From: Bilabrum cf. latius
Lineage: Eukaryota
Length of the DNA: 64,000 nucleotides
NCBI GenBank assembly: GCA_965178125.1
Contig: OZ237736.1
Span: 124,001-188,000 of the forward strand
Direction of reading: 5' to 3'
Shown: piece after piece, positions 1-11,332 of the stretch
Numbering within the stretch: the first letter of the stretch is position 1
Layout of the letters: the number at the start of each line of letters is the position of its first letter
Made by a program: the position numbers and the translations under genes
Notes under the pieces: model-generated
Databases searched by the model: none
Seen by the model: only the letters and a program-made list of their open reading frames with translations
What the model was told of the DNA's origin: nothing

Positions 1-150
1 GTTGAATGCCTAAGTGAAGACTTAAATGATACCGTAGCCATAGATTTATTGGTTAAAAAAGAGAAGGAAGCCATTGAGAAATCAATAAAGAAATAGAAGG
101 ATGACATCATCAAAAAGGCTATAGATGACTTTATCTTACCCAAGGATTAA
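1..150 (+). CDS. 3' end of a viral hypothetical protein (partial; TAG=Gln)
   Basis: Open frame from the window edge, VECLSEDLND...FILPKD, ending at TAA 148-150, with one internal TAG. Confidence 0.45.
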
Positions 151-197
151 ACTATATATTAATAATAATAATAATAGTATTATTAAAATTCAAAAAT

Positions 198-545
198 TTA
201 TTCTAAAAACTCAATATCAAACCATTCATTTGAATCATCATATTCTTCAGCATACATCAACGATAATTCTATATACTCTTCTAATTCACTATTAGTAAGG
301 TTATCAATTTCTTCTTCTTTCAATAGTTTGAAATCGGTTCCGTTGTCATCATTAAAACTTTCAACTTGACCTTCTGCTTCCTTTTTATATTCTTCTTTCC
401 AATTATCACTCCATACAACTCTCTTCGCTTGGTCTTTTAAAGTGTCAGTATAAAGCTTTTGTGCTTCTTCCTTATTATTAAACTTTTTAACCCAGTGTGT
501 ATGATAACATTCACTACCCCACGCTAATGATACAATATAAACCAT
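198..545 (-). CDS. Viral hypothetical protein, 115 aa, acidic C-terminus
   Basis: ATG-to-TAA ORF with AT-rich flanks. Confidence 0.65.
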   Translation of the reverse strand: MVYIVSLAWGSECYHTHWVKKFNNKEEAQKLYTDTLKDQAKRVVWSDNWKEEYKKEAEGQVESFNDDNGTDFKLLKEEEIDNLTNSELEEYIELSLMYAEEYDDSNEWFDIEFLE

Positions 546-586
546 ATCTATAATAATTAAAAATAAAATAATTATTATAATAAAAC

Positions 587-1384
587 TTAATTAAAATTAT
601 CCTCTATCTCGTCTCGCTCCTCGTTATCCAATACCCAATCTAATCTTGAAGGGTGCCACGCTCTAGAAATTAATTCTTCTTTGATTTTTTTAGTTTGTTC
701 AATTGTTTCATCTTTCCGCTCTTCTAATGATGGGATTAATGTCGTGGAATAATCAATTCGTTCATCCTTAATTCCATTCTCCAAATGATTAAAACTAAAA
801 CAATTAGAAAACATACATTCCATATCTACAACATTTGAAACATCCCAGTTATTTAAAGGTTGATTTAGTGAATGGCAATCATAAAACATTCCGCACATAT
901 CTTTAACATTTGAAACGTTCCAATTATTCAATGGTTGGTTAAATGAATGGCAATCATTAAACATTTCACTCATATCTTCAACATTTGAAACATTCCAATT
1001 ATTCAATGGTTGGTTAAACGAATGACACTCATTAAACATACCGCCCATATCTTCAACATTTGAAACATCCCAGTTATTTAAAGGTTGATTAAACGAATGA
1101 CACCCATAAAACATATCGGTCATATCTTTAACATTTGAAACATCCCATGAATTTATTGGTGATTCAATTATCATATTATCAAATAGGTTTAACATATTCG
1201 TAATAAATGTTGTTACTAATAATTCAGGTTTCAAAAACTACAATGCGTGAAGAAGAAAATCTGTATCTTTAGCTACGTAATATGTTTTACCTTCAAATTT
1301 CACAATATAATTATCTTTTCTAAAATAATATTCTTTTGGTTTTGTAGCTTTCAAGGTTCCATTTTCCCATTTTAAAACTTCCAT
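587..1384 (-). CDS. DUF285/BspA-like 25-aa repeat protein A (265 aa with TAG=Gln)
   Basis: Repeats of the type SFNQPLNNWDVSNVEDMxxMF. The start MEVLKWENGTLKAT at 1384 is reached by reading through one TAG. C-terminal EELISRAWHPSRL. Confidence 0.85.
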
Positions 1385-1473
1385 TCTGTATATACCTATA
1401 ATAAATATATTATTTAAGCCTTTTTAAACTCACACTATAATATTAAATAATCATTAATATTATTAAAATTCTA

Positions 1474-2493
1474 TTAATTAAAATTATCCTCTATCTCGTC
1501 TCGCTCCTCGTTATCCAATACCCAATCTAATCTTGAAGGGTGCCACGCTTTAGCAATTAATTCCTCTCTATATTTCTTTGTTTTTTTAATGGTTTTATGT
1601 TTTCGTCTTTCTAACAACGGTATCAATGTTGTAGAATAATCAATTCTTATACCCTTAATACCGTTCTCTAAATGATTGAAACTTTCACAATCTTTTAACA
1701 TCTAAAACTTACTCTAGACATTGGAAACATCCCAATTATCCAATGGTTGATTGAAGTTCTAACATCCATTAAACATAGAGGATATATATTCAACGTTAGA
1801 AACATCCCAATTACCCAATGGTTGATTGAATCTTGAACAAGAACCAAACATACCACTCATATCCCTAACATTACTAACATTCCAATCGTTCAATGATTGA
1901 TTGAATTCAGAATGATAGAACATAGACGACATTTTTTCAACCTTAGAAACATCCCAATTATTTAATGGTTGATTGAAGTTCCAACATCCATTAAACATAG
2001 AGGACATATTTTCAACGTTAGAAACATTCCAGTTTGTTAATGATTGATTGAATCTTGAACAAGAACCAAACATACCACTCATATCCCTAACATTACTAAC
2101 ATTCCAATCGTTCAATGATTGATTGAATTTAGAACAAAAATAGAACATAGACGACATTTTTTCAACCTTAGAAACATCCCAATTGCTCAATGGTTGATTA
2201 AAGCTTCTACAACTTTGAAACATTAAACTCATATCCTTAACATTTGAAACATCCCAAGTATTCAAAGGTTCATTAAATTTATCCTATCCATTGAATACTT
2301 CACTCATATCTGTTATGAATGTTGTTATTATTTCATAAGGTTTATAGTCCTTCAAAAACCATCTTATATAATCTTTATCCATTGCTATATGATAGGTTTT
2401 CCCTTCAAAATTAACCTAAAATCCATTTCGTTCATAATATTCTTTTGGTTGTGTAGCTTTCAAGGTTCCATTTTCCCATTTTAATAATTCCAT
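1474..2493 (-). CDS. DUF285/BspA-like 25-aa repeat protein B (339 aa with TAG=Gln), tandem paralog of A
   Basis: ORF-track pieces 1474-1701 and 1759-2265 are in one frame, separated only by TAGs. N-terminus (MELLKWENGTLKAT) and C-terminus (WHPSRLDWVLDNEERDEIEDNFN) match paralog A. Confidence 0.85.
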
Positions 2494-2967
2494 TCTGTAT
2501 ATACCTATAATAAATATATTTTTTAAGTCAATTTAAACGCTCTATAACATTTTAAAAATAAAAGCGCGTTTGTTCCATTTGTGAAGGTATAAGCGAGGAT
2601 AAGGGGGTATAATGAAGGTAGTTTAGAAGGTTGAATAATGGAGTCCCATAAAGTGATGGAACTTTTGGCTAGAAAATGGCTAGAGTCCCAGAACACCTTC
2701 ACAAGAGGGCTACATCCACGTTTTGCTAAATAATACATATACTAATACGCAATTTGTGGATATGGTCATCGTATAGAGTTTTATATATAATTGATTTTCT
2801 ATAATTAGAAGGATAAAGCAGTTATATGAAGTAGCAGTATGAAGAGGCTCACCTTGACTTTTGGAGCGACTAGCGAGAAAAGGAATGGAGAGAGGGAAGA
2901 GCTTTAGCTCTGACTGAACGTAATTATTGAAACTTGTTTCCTTAACCGAAGGGAATAAATTTATTTA

Positions 2968-3102
2968 TTACCGTAGCGGGGGGGAACAGATACACTTCTA
3001 TTCGTTCTTTCTCTTACCATCAGGGACTAATAAAGGGGCTATCTTATCCCAGTCTGTAATATTTAGCTTATTGATTATGAAATTTTTGCACTTATAGCAC
3101 AT
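2968..3102 (-). pseudogene. Truncated copy (44 codons) of the Cys-rich viral gene at 27919-28452
   Basis: MCYKCKNFIINKLNITDWDKIAPLLVP...KCIC aligns with MCYKCRNFIINKLKINDWNKIAPLLIP...KCIC, then runs into unrelated sequence and a TAA. Confidence 0.7.
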
Positions 3103-3210
3103 TATAATATAGTATATACTATAATAATATATTATTTTTAAGTCTAATTAGTGTCATAAAAGCAACTTAAAGATAAAACAACTAATAACAATATAAACCA
3201 ATATAAAACA

Positions 3211-3840
3211 ATGCCTGACTACTCTAAAGCTAAGATTTACAAGTTATATTCACTTAATGACACTTCAAAAGTCTATTACGGTTCTACTTGTTAGACTTTA
3301 AGTCAAAGAAAAGGAGGACATACGAAAGATTATAAGTATTACAAGTAGAACGGAACAAAATACAAAGGGTTTGTCTCATCATTTGATATTTATGATTTAG
3401 GAGATGTAAGAATAGAATTAGTCGAGAATTGCCCATGCAAGAACAAAGAAGAATTAAAGAAAATAGAAGGTGGACATATACGAAGTAATAAGTGTGTGAA
3501 TAAGTGCATAGCTGGTAGGACCAAAAAAGAGTATCGTGAAGACAATAAAGATAAATTGAGTACACTAAATAAAATGTATAGACAGAAGAACAAAAGCAAG
3601 ATTAAGTAGTATCTCAAAGAATATAATGAAGTAAATAAATAGAAAATTTGTAGAATGAAACGAACCAATTACTTCAAAGATAAAGACAAGAGAAGGAAAT
3701 ACTTAGAAAAGAATAAAGACAAAATAAAAAAGCAAAAACAAGAATATTATCAAAGGAACAAAGACAAAATGAATGAAAGAAGAAGACTTAGAGCCAAAGA
3801 GAAAAGAGACAAAGAATATTAGGCTAAGACATCCACATAA
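3211..3840 (+). CDS. GIY-YIG endonuclease (209 aa with TAG=Gln; absent from the ORF track)
   Basis: MPDYSKAKIYKL...KVYYGSTC[Q]TLSQRKGGH...RIELVENCPCKNKEELKKIEGGHI...CVNK, followed by a Lys/Arg-rich tail. Only TAGs interrupt the frame before TAA 3838-3840. Confidence 0.85.
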
Positions 3841-3872
3841 TTATATTATTAAATGTATTTAATTTAATAGTA

Positions 3873-4280
3873 TTAATCCAGTATTTTCAAATACTTGAGT
3901 CTTGCGTCCACTTTAGACCTATAGTCATCTAACCATTTTTCCAAAGTATCCCCTTTAACATACCTTTTTACATCTAATACTCCATTGGCTAGTTTTGTTA
4001 AGTAGTCCTTAATAGCATTATCACTTCCCCATAAGATCTTATGACTGTGATATTTTGAGCTATTAGTATCGGTAGTCTTCCCGTGTCTTCGGTAGTATAG
4101 GCGTCGTCTTTTAGGGTCAATATGGTTATTATCTCCATACTTACCAATCAAATCAAAGTATTGAGCATATCGTGCATCACCAAAGCTAGTGATATACTTA
4201 CCATTTTTGAATACATCATATTTCTTATTTCTACGAGTAGAGGGTTTATATTTGAATCCATCAATAATTATCTCATACAT
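3873..4280 (-). CDS. Tlr6F-like protein (copy 1)
   Basis: Motif S-RRNKKYDV...SFGD-RY...H-D-KRRRLYYRRH...SKYHSHKILW resembles the Tlr6F family of Tlr elements, virophages and PLVs (recognised from memory). Confidence 0.65.
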   Translation of the reverse strand: MYEIIIDGFKYKPSTRRNKKYDVFKNGKYITSFGDARYAQYFDLIGKYGDNNHIDPKRRRLYYRRHGKTTDTNSSKYHSHKILWGSDNAIKDYLTKLANGVLDVKRYVKGDTLEKWLDDYRSKVDARLKYLKILD

Positions 4281-4288
4281 AATATATT

Positions 4289-4498
4289 ATGATACAAGAT
4301 TTATTAACTTAGTATATTGTCGGTAAGACTTGTAAATTAGTTATTAAATAGGTGAAGACTACCAAGACATATCATAAGACAAAATCATTTGTTAAGGACT
4401 AGTTAGAAGAAGTACTCAATACATTGATACAAGTTAAAGGACATTCTAAATATGAACACAAGATCAAATGGACCACTTCAAGTGGTATGAGTTAGTGA
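4289..4498 (+). CDS. Small viral hypothetical protein (69 aa with TAG=Gln); second copy at 29026-29235
   Basis: ATG 4289 to TGA 4498 with only TAG interruptions, followed by a hairpin repeat. Divergent from the Tlr6F-like gene. Confidence 0.4.
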
Positions 4499-4512
4499 AT
4501 ATGTAAAATTGA

Positions 4513-5740
4513 ATACGGGTGAGCGCCCAGAATTGCAAACATAATTTTCTTGATACTTATATATTTCCGCAATTTGGGGCGGTCATATCTGGAGATACAA
4601 TTTGGGGCGGTCATATCTGGAGATACAATTTGGGGCGGTCATATCTGGAGATACAATTTGGGGCGGTCATATTTATTATTAGTTATTTTAAAATATCTCG
4701 TCAAGTGGTTAAGTCTTTTTGTGATATCCCGTTAAGTGGTCAATAAAATGAACGGTAAGTCAAAAAAATTAATCAAAATAAAGAAGTAGTTGATTATTAA
4801 TTATTGAAGACACCTACGCGCCCAGAATTGCGACAATATCTCTTAATATCCTAATATATTTCCGCAATTTCGGGCCGTCATTTCTGGACATTTAATATAG
4901 CACATACTAGAAATATCTTTATTACAAAATTACACCTCTATAAGATAACTATGTCAAAATTAACAAAATATAAAACTCAATACACCTACGCGCCCAGAAT
5001 TGCGACAATATATCTTAATATCCTAATATATTACCGCAATTTCGGGCGCTAGTATTATACTATACCATATTTAATTATCCTATATTTTCCATTTAATCTA
5101 GTGATTAATCATTTCAAAGTAATACACTTGACATAAACCAGTTCATTGAGTCATTTTAAAGTCATCGTCAAAACATTTATCATTTTTAAGTTATCCCGCT
5201 TTGTATTCCTTTATATCATATACTCAAACAAAGGACTTTAACATATTTAAAGAATTATGAAAAATAAAAATCAATACACCTACGCGCCCAGAATTGCACA
5301 CATATATTCTTAAATGACTATATATTACCGCAATTTCGGGCGATAGATTAAAGGATGTATTTTTAAGGGGATACCCTTATATTTGAAGTTTTGAAGAGAT
5401 GACATATAAAAGACTTTATAAAGTGATTAATATCTCCTTCTAGTTATATTTAAATATTCAATTATTTAAGTATAGATTGACAAGTAATAAAAAAAGAGAT
5501 AAATTAAGTTGATATATTAGTTTAGTTTTATTTATTAATTTAAATTTTTCATTGGAAGTATTAAAAAGACTTTAATACTTCTGTCAATCTCTTTAAGTAT
5601 TTATTTAGTTATTTTCTAAAGTGGTAAATGTCAATTGATACTTAAAACCAAATCATAATATAAAACTCAATACACCTACGCGCCCAGAATTGCGAACATA
5701 TATTCTTAAATGACTATATATTTCCGCAATTTCGGGCGGG
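4513..5740 (+). repeat. Five copies of the ~70-bp virophage hairpin repeat (about 4513, 4810, 4978, 5272, 5668)
   Basis: Consensus CAATACACCTAC-GCGCCCAGAATTGCG-(AT-rich, ~30 nt)-CGCAATTT(C/G)GGGCG. Confidence 0.95.
4570..4672 (+). repeat. 28-bp tandem repeat, ~3.7 copies (CAATTTGGGGCGGTCATATCTGGAGATA)
   Basis: Directly visible; only ~1.7 copies at the equivalent site 29307-29353. Confidence 0.95.
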
Positions 5741-5939
5741 CATATCCTAAGACTTAGGCTAGGGATTCACTCAACAGATTAAGTAAAGTAAAGGTCTAAC
5801 AGATAGACATTAACGGCGCGAAGGTATTAAATTAGGTAGATATATGAATAAATAGCTATTAAATTATTATGTTCAAGTGAAGGACATTATGAAGGACTAC
5901 GGCTTAAGATGTTGTGAAGTGGTTAATATTGACCTCTTA

Positions 5940-6040
5940 TGTTATCCGCCAAAATGTGGAGTTATGATAACTCTATTTCTACTATATAGTAGAAATAGAG
6001 TTTACTTATATAAAAACTACACACATTTTGGCGGATAACA
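5940..6040. repeat. 101-bp terminal fold-back of copy 1 (TG...CA)
   Basis: TGTTATCCGCCAAAATGTG and CACATTTTGGCGGATAACA form a perfect 19-bp inverted repeat around the internal palindrome AACTCTATTTCTACTATATAGTAGAAATAGAGTT. Confidence 0.95.
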
Positions 6041-6240
6041 CAGGCAGCTCTCCGCGGTGCTCTCATGCCGCGAATTGGAAGCGAGTTACCATGGCGCTGG
6101 ACGGGGGAAATCATGTGAATGATCCTTGTTATTCTACTTGATGCTGCGTTCCATTGGATGAGATTCCTCTTTGCAACCGAACAAGTCAGACTCGGAAGTC
6201 CGCGGCCAATCCGCTTCACAACGTGCAGACCAAAGCGAGC

Positions 6241-7660
6241 TCACTGGCGCACCCTCGAGGTGGTCTTCTCCGCACCGCGGATGAAGGCAGGCACCTCGTT
6301 GTAGAAAATGTCCGTGTATAGCTCCGCCTCGTCGGGCAAGGGATGCTTCTTGGCCGCCTCGATCTCAGCGTCCACCTCCTTCCTGATGCCCTTCTCGATG
6401 GCCTTGAGCTCCTCCGCCGAGGCCCACCCCGCCTCCATGATCCTAGACTTGACCAGCTCGATGCAGTCCTTGGTCTTCCTCATCTCGTTGATCTCCTCCC
6501 TGTCGCGATAGGTCACCCCTGGGTCCGACATGGAGTGCCCATGGTACCGGTACGTCCTGCACTCCACGAACAGAGGGCCATTGCCTTTCCCTGCGTATTC
6601 CTTGCACCACCTCATGCCATCCCGCATGGCCAGCACGTCCATGCCATCCAGCTTGATACCGGGGATGGCCACGCCGCCCTGCTTGTAGTACTCGGGGTTG
6701 CAGCTGTGCCTGTCCACGCTCGTGCCCATGCCGTACTGGTTGTTCTCGCAGAATAGCATGAGGGGGAGGCCCCAAAGCTTGGACATGTTGGCCGCCTCCC
6801 AGATCTGCCCCTGGTTCGCCGCGCCGTCGCCGAACATGGCCACGGTCACGCCCATGTCCTAGCCCTCCTTGGCGAGGTACTTTTGCGCAAAGGCCAGCCC
6901 GGCGCCCACGGGCACCTGGGCGCCCACGATGCCGGCACCGCCCCAGAACCGGTTCTTCTTGGAGTACAAATGCATGGATCCGCCCTTGCCCGCAGACACA
7001 CCGCCCGAGTTGCCGAACAGCTCGGCAGCCACCCGCTCCACGGTGTCGCCTCGCACCAGCTGCAGTGCGTGGCATCGGTACGTTCCTACAAGGTCGTCGT
7101 CCTTGCCCAGTCCCGTCTGGAGACCAAGGGCAACAGCTTCCTATCCATCGTACAAGTGGCAGAAACCACGGATGTTGCGCTCCTTGTACTCCTTGTCGAA
7201 GGTGATCTCCATCCGCCGAATCCTAAACATCTCCTTGTGGTAGTGCATCATCTCGTCCTTCGTCGCTTTTGCTGTCTTGATTTCGGGGGTATCCACCACT
7301 GCAAATAAAACTTGAACATCAATGGATGACAGTGATGGATTGCGAGACGCACGCGCGGTAGCTTTGCGCCATGCCGCGCTGGATTTCGGGAAGATCAGGC
7401 AAGCTGGCCCCACCGATCCTATGCATGAAACGAAGGGCGCCACTCCCATTTTCATTCCATTACAAATGGTCTCAAATGGTGCTGAATACATGTCGGGCGC
7501 GTTGCTACGGCGCAGAGATCTCACGGTGGGTCTCGGGCTCGACCTTGAGCTCGAATTCGTACTCATCAGTGGACATCATCCGGGCCATTGGCCTACTAAA
7601 GGAGCTACGCATAGCTGATCGGCCAAGCACGGCAGTAGATCGGCGCATGGCACGCATCAT
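6241..7660 (-). CDS. PDHA1: Pyruvate dehydrogenase E1 alpha subunit, mitochondrial (intron about 7299-7524; two in-frame TAG=Gln)
   Basis: Motifs RGFCHLYDG[TAG][18 protein letters not shown] and [17 protein letters not shown] intron, Arg/Ser-rich presequence, TGA stop. Confidence 0.95.
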
Positions 7661-7839
7661 GGCTGCAAATATACGCGCAAGATGCAATGACGCGGAGGAC
7701 CAACTGTGCGCGCGGCGCCCATTCGGGCTGGTTCCGTAACGAAGAGAAACGGGGCTGACGCCGATTCTGTGTGCAATAGAAGGAAACGCGAACCAAATCG
7801 CACGCACTTTAACCTATCAATGCACGCAAATAACGCAAG

Positions 7840-10800
7840 TCACTCCGTGTAGGCTCTCAGCAGGCTTTTCTCGATCCCCCGGACGTCCACTTCCGCCTCG
7901 CCCGCCGATCCGCTGGCCTCGATGTGCCCGATGATGCTCGCCCCCTCCTCCCCGCGGCTGCGAAGGTCCCTGAGCACCTGCTCCGCGCTCTCCTCCTGCA
8001 CGACCACGACCATCCCGATCCCGCAGTTAAACGTCCGGAGCATGTCGCGCACGCTTGCAACCGGCTGCGCGGGCGCCTTGCTGCCGCCAGTTGGCCGAAA
8101 CAGCCACCGGAACACGGGCAGCATCTCCCACGCCGATGCATCAACGACGGCCCTCGTCCCCTTGGGCAGCACCCTCGGCAGGTTCTCAAGGAGCCCTCCC
8201 CCCGTGATGTGCGCCATGGCAAGGATGGGGCCCTTGCCCGCTCTCGCTGCCGCTGACCGCAGCATGGGCAGCAGCTGCCGAACGTACAGCCGCGTGGGCT
8301 CCAGCAGAGCATCTGCAAGGGTTTTCTTGGAGGACTTGAAAGGCGGCGGCTGGCCCCATTTGAGCCCGTACAGGTCGACGATCCTCCTGACGAGCGAGAA
8401 ACCGTTCGAGTGCACTCCAGACGAGGGCAGCCCGATGAGCTTGGCACCCGGCCGGATCGCTGCCAGCCGGGGCAGCAGCGCGGGCCGATCCACGGCTCCC
8501 ACGCAGAACCCAGCGACGTCATAGTGACCTGCCTGGTACATGGCCGGCATCTCCGCCGTCTCGCCCCCGATGAGCGCACACCCGCTCTCCCTACACGCAT
8601 GGGCGACGCCTGCCACCACCTGCGTGGCAGCGGGAACGTCCAGCGCCCCCGTGGCGAAGTAGTCCAGGAAGAACAGCGGCTCCGCCGCCTGCGTGAGGAT
8701 GTCGTTCACGCACATTGCCACCAGGTCAATCCCGATCCCTCCGTGTGCGCCCGCAGCGTTGGCCACCAGGAGCTTGGTGCCCACGCCGTCAGTCCCGCTG
8801 ACCAGCAGGGGGTCCTTGTACCCAGCAGACTTTAGGTCAAACACGCCGCCGAACCCGCCGACCTCCCCGTCCGCGCCCGGCCTAGCCGTGCTCCTGGTGA
8901 GCGGCGCGATGGACCTGACCAGCGCGTTCCCCCTGTCGATGCTCACGCCCGCAGCGGCGTATGCGTCCTCAGGCTCGCTGGACCCAGCCCCGGAGGAAGG
9001 TCCTGCTCCTGCCGCTGCTGTTCCCCCGGTCCTGTTGCCCCCAGAGGCAGCCTCCACGGCCCCGAGGTGCACCCGCGCCGTCGGCGGAATGACAACGCCC
9101 TCGAATCCGGACTCTGCGAGGATCACGCCAACCTGCGGACAGTCCCAACCGTGCTGCGCGATGGCAGCCAGAAGCCCGCGGTGGTCCGCAAACAGCCGGA
9201 TGGTGTCCAGGAAGGCCGCGCCCTCCAGCGCCTGCACCTTAGTCTTGAGGCTAGCGGCAGTCTCGCCCTTGGCAGAGCAACGCCTCTGGATTAAATACTC
9301 CCCGCCATCCACCTCGTCCGTCACGAAGTGGATGGTGCACCCGCTCTCCTCCGCACCGGACCGGATAACCTCCTCGTGCACGTCCGTGTCCATCCCGCCG
9401 GCAAACGCGGGCAGAAGTGAGGGGTGCACGTTCACTAGCCTCCACTTGTACCGGCTGGTGAGCTGCGGTGACACGATCCGCATGAAACCGATGAGCAGGA
9501 CCAGGTCAATGTCGCGAGACTCGAGCTCCGAGATCACCTCCAGATCGAATTGTTCCCTGGAGCGGCCAGCACTCTTGATGTGCACCGCTGGGATGCCGGC
9601 CTTGGCCGCCTTTGACAGGATGCCGCTGCTGGCACGGTTGGAGATCACCACCTCCACACGCGCGTTGAGGGGCTCACCTTCGCCCTCGCCGGCTCCAGCC
9701 GAGCCGCCGCCCTCGCCCGCCCTTCCCTCCTCGATGGCATTCAGGATGGTCTGGAGGTCCGTCCCGTTGGTGCTTCCGAGCACTCCGATCCTGAGAGGCT
9801 CCCTGCTCCTAGGCCTGAACCAGTGCTGCGCGATGTCCCGCCGCACGCCCATCCCCGGGAAGATCACAGCCTCCATGCCGTTGTAGGCTTTGGTCAGGGC
9901 CGCTTCCAGGGAGCCGGCGATGCCCGTCACCGCCAGCACGCGGCCGCCAGCGGTCACGAGACTCATTGCATTGCCGCGCCGCTCGACCGTCGTGCCGGCG
10001 TGGAACATGAGCGTGCCGTGCACCCCGCCCACGCCCTTCTCGCCCACCCCGTAGCCCAGCCCGGGCCCGTACACCTTGATGACGTCCCCCTTGCGGGGAC
10101 TGGAGGGGTACCCCGGTGCAACGGCGACGACGGCAGCCGAGTGAGCCCCCTTCCTGACCCGGAGGTGCTCCGGCGTGAGCCTGCCCTGCGTGCAGGCCAG
10201 CATGGCTTCGAGCAGGTCGCAGTCTCGCTCCAGCAGGGGCAGCACGGCCTGCGTCTCTGGGTCTCCCATCCTCACGTTGAACTCGAGCACCTTGGGGACG
10301 AGCCCGCCCGCCGGGCCGGTCGACTTGCAGAGCATGAGGCCGGCGAAGAGCACGCCCACGAAGGGCTTGCCGTCCTTGGCCATGCCCTCTACTGCGGGCC
10401 GCAGGATCGTCTCCATGATCTCGCGGTCCAGCTCGGGTGTGACGAGTGGGGACGGGCAGTAGACGCCCATGCCACCCGTGTTCAGGCCCTGGTCGAACTC
10501 ATGGGCGCGCTTGTGGTCCTGCGCCGCGGGCAGTGCCACCACGTGCTTCCCGTCGCAGAAGGCCAGGATGCTCGCCTCTGGGCCCTCAAGCATCTCTTCC
10601 ACCACGATGGTGCTCCCCGCGTCCTTGAACTTGCCGCCGTCCAGCATCTCGCGAGCGGCCTGCACGGCCTCCTCCTTGTCCTTGGGAATGAGCACTCCCT
10701 TCCCGCCGGCGAGGCCGGATGCCTTCACGACGACCCGCTCGGGGGCATCGGGTGACCGGATCCAGGCCTCTGCGGCGGCGCTCGAGGTGAAGGTCTCGTA

Positions 10801-11132
10801 CCTGGCCGTGGGGATGCCGTGCTTGGCCATGAAATGCTTGCAGAACGCCTTGCTGGCCTCAAGTTCGGCTGCTGCTCGCGATGGGCCGAAGCAGGGCACG
10901 CCAATCTCGGCGAGCCTATCTGCGATGGGGCGGCCAAAAACAGAAACAGCGGGCAAGGTGTAGCTCCACGTTCGAGCGGGTACGCGGCCTTGTGAGAACA
11001 TACGGCCACCATGATCGACGGAGAACCGACTCACCAGCCAAGCCAGCTGCCAACGGCTGCTCTGGGCCGACAATCACTACCTGTGGCCGGACCTGAGCCG
11101 CAAATTCCACTATCTGAGCAATTGATTTGATG
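7840..11132 (-). CDS. GART: Trifunctional purine biosynthesis enzyme in the order GARS(PurD)-GAR transformylase(PurN)-AIRS(PurM); 5' end lost in the gap; intron about 10920-11034
   Basis: Pur[42 protein letters not shown]. Pur[26 protein letters not shown]. Pur[43 protein letters not shown]. Confidence 0.95.
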
Positions 11133-11332
11133 NNNNNNNNNNNNNNNNNNNNNNNNNNNNNNNNNNNNNNNNNNNNNNNNNNNNNNNNNNNNNNNNNNNN
11201 NNNNNNNNNNNNNNNNNNNNNNNNNNNNNNNNNNNNNNNNNNNNNNNNNNNNNNNNNNNNNNNNNNNNNNNNNNNNNNNNNNNNNNNNNNNNNNNNNNNN
11301 NNNNNNNNNNNNNNNNNNNNNNNNNNNNNNNN
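11133..11332. other. Assembly gap (200 N)
   Basis: Run of N. The GART 5' end and the left half of virophage copy 2 are both missing, so the true gap is probably larger, or the join is artificial. Confidence 0.98.

Larger units (their letters stand above)
1..6040. mobile_element. Endogenous virophage/Polinton-like element, copy 1 (right part only)
   Basis: Very AT-rich, with an abrupt switch to GC-rich host DNA after ...GGCGGATAACA at 6040. 3898-6041 is near-identical to 28635-30722 of copy 2, which carries the virophage hallmark genes. Confidence 0.88.

Noticed and set aside
1759-1761. TAG aligning with TGG (Trp) in a duplicated DUF285 repeat, suggesting UAG=Trp
   Set aside because: It is a variable repeat position explained by one substitution; invariant sites in PDH, integrase and TPR repeats indicate Gln.
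4513-5740. Hairpin cluster as a CRISPR-like array
   Set aside because: Spacing is irregular (about 170-400 bp), copies are dispersed in both orientations, and the internal cores recur instead of being unique spacers.
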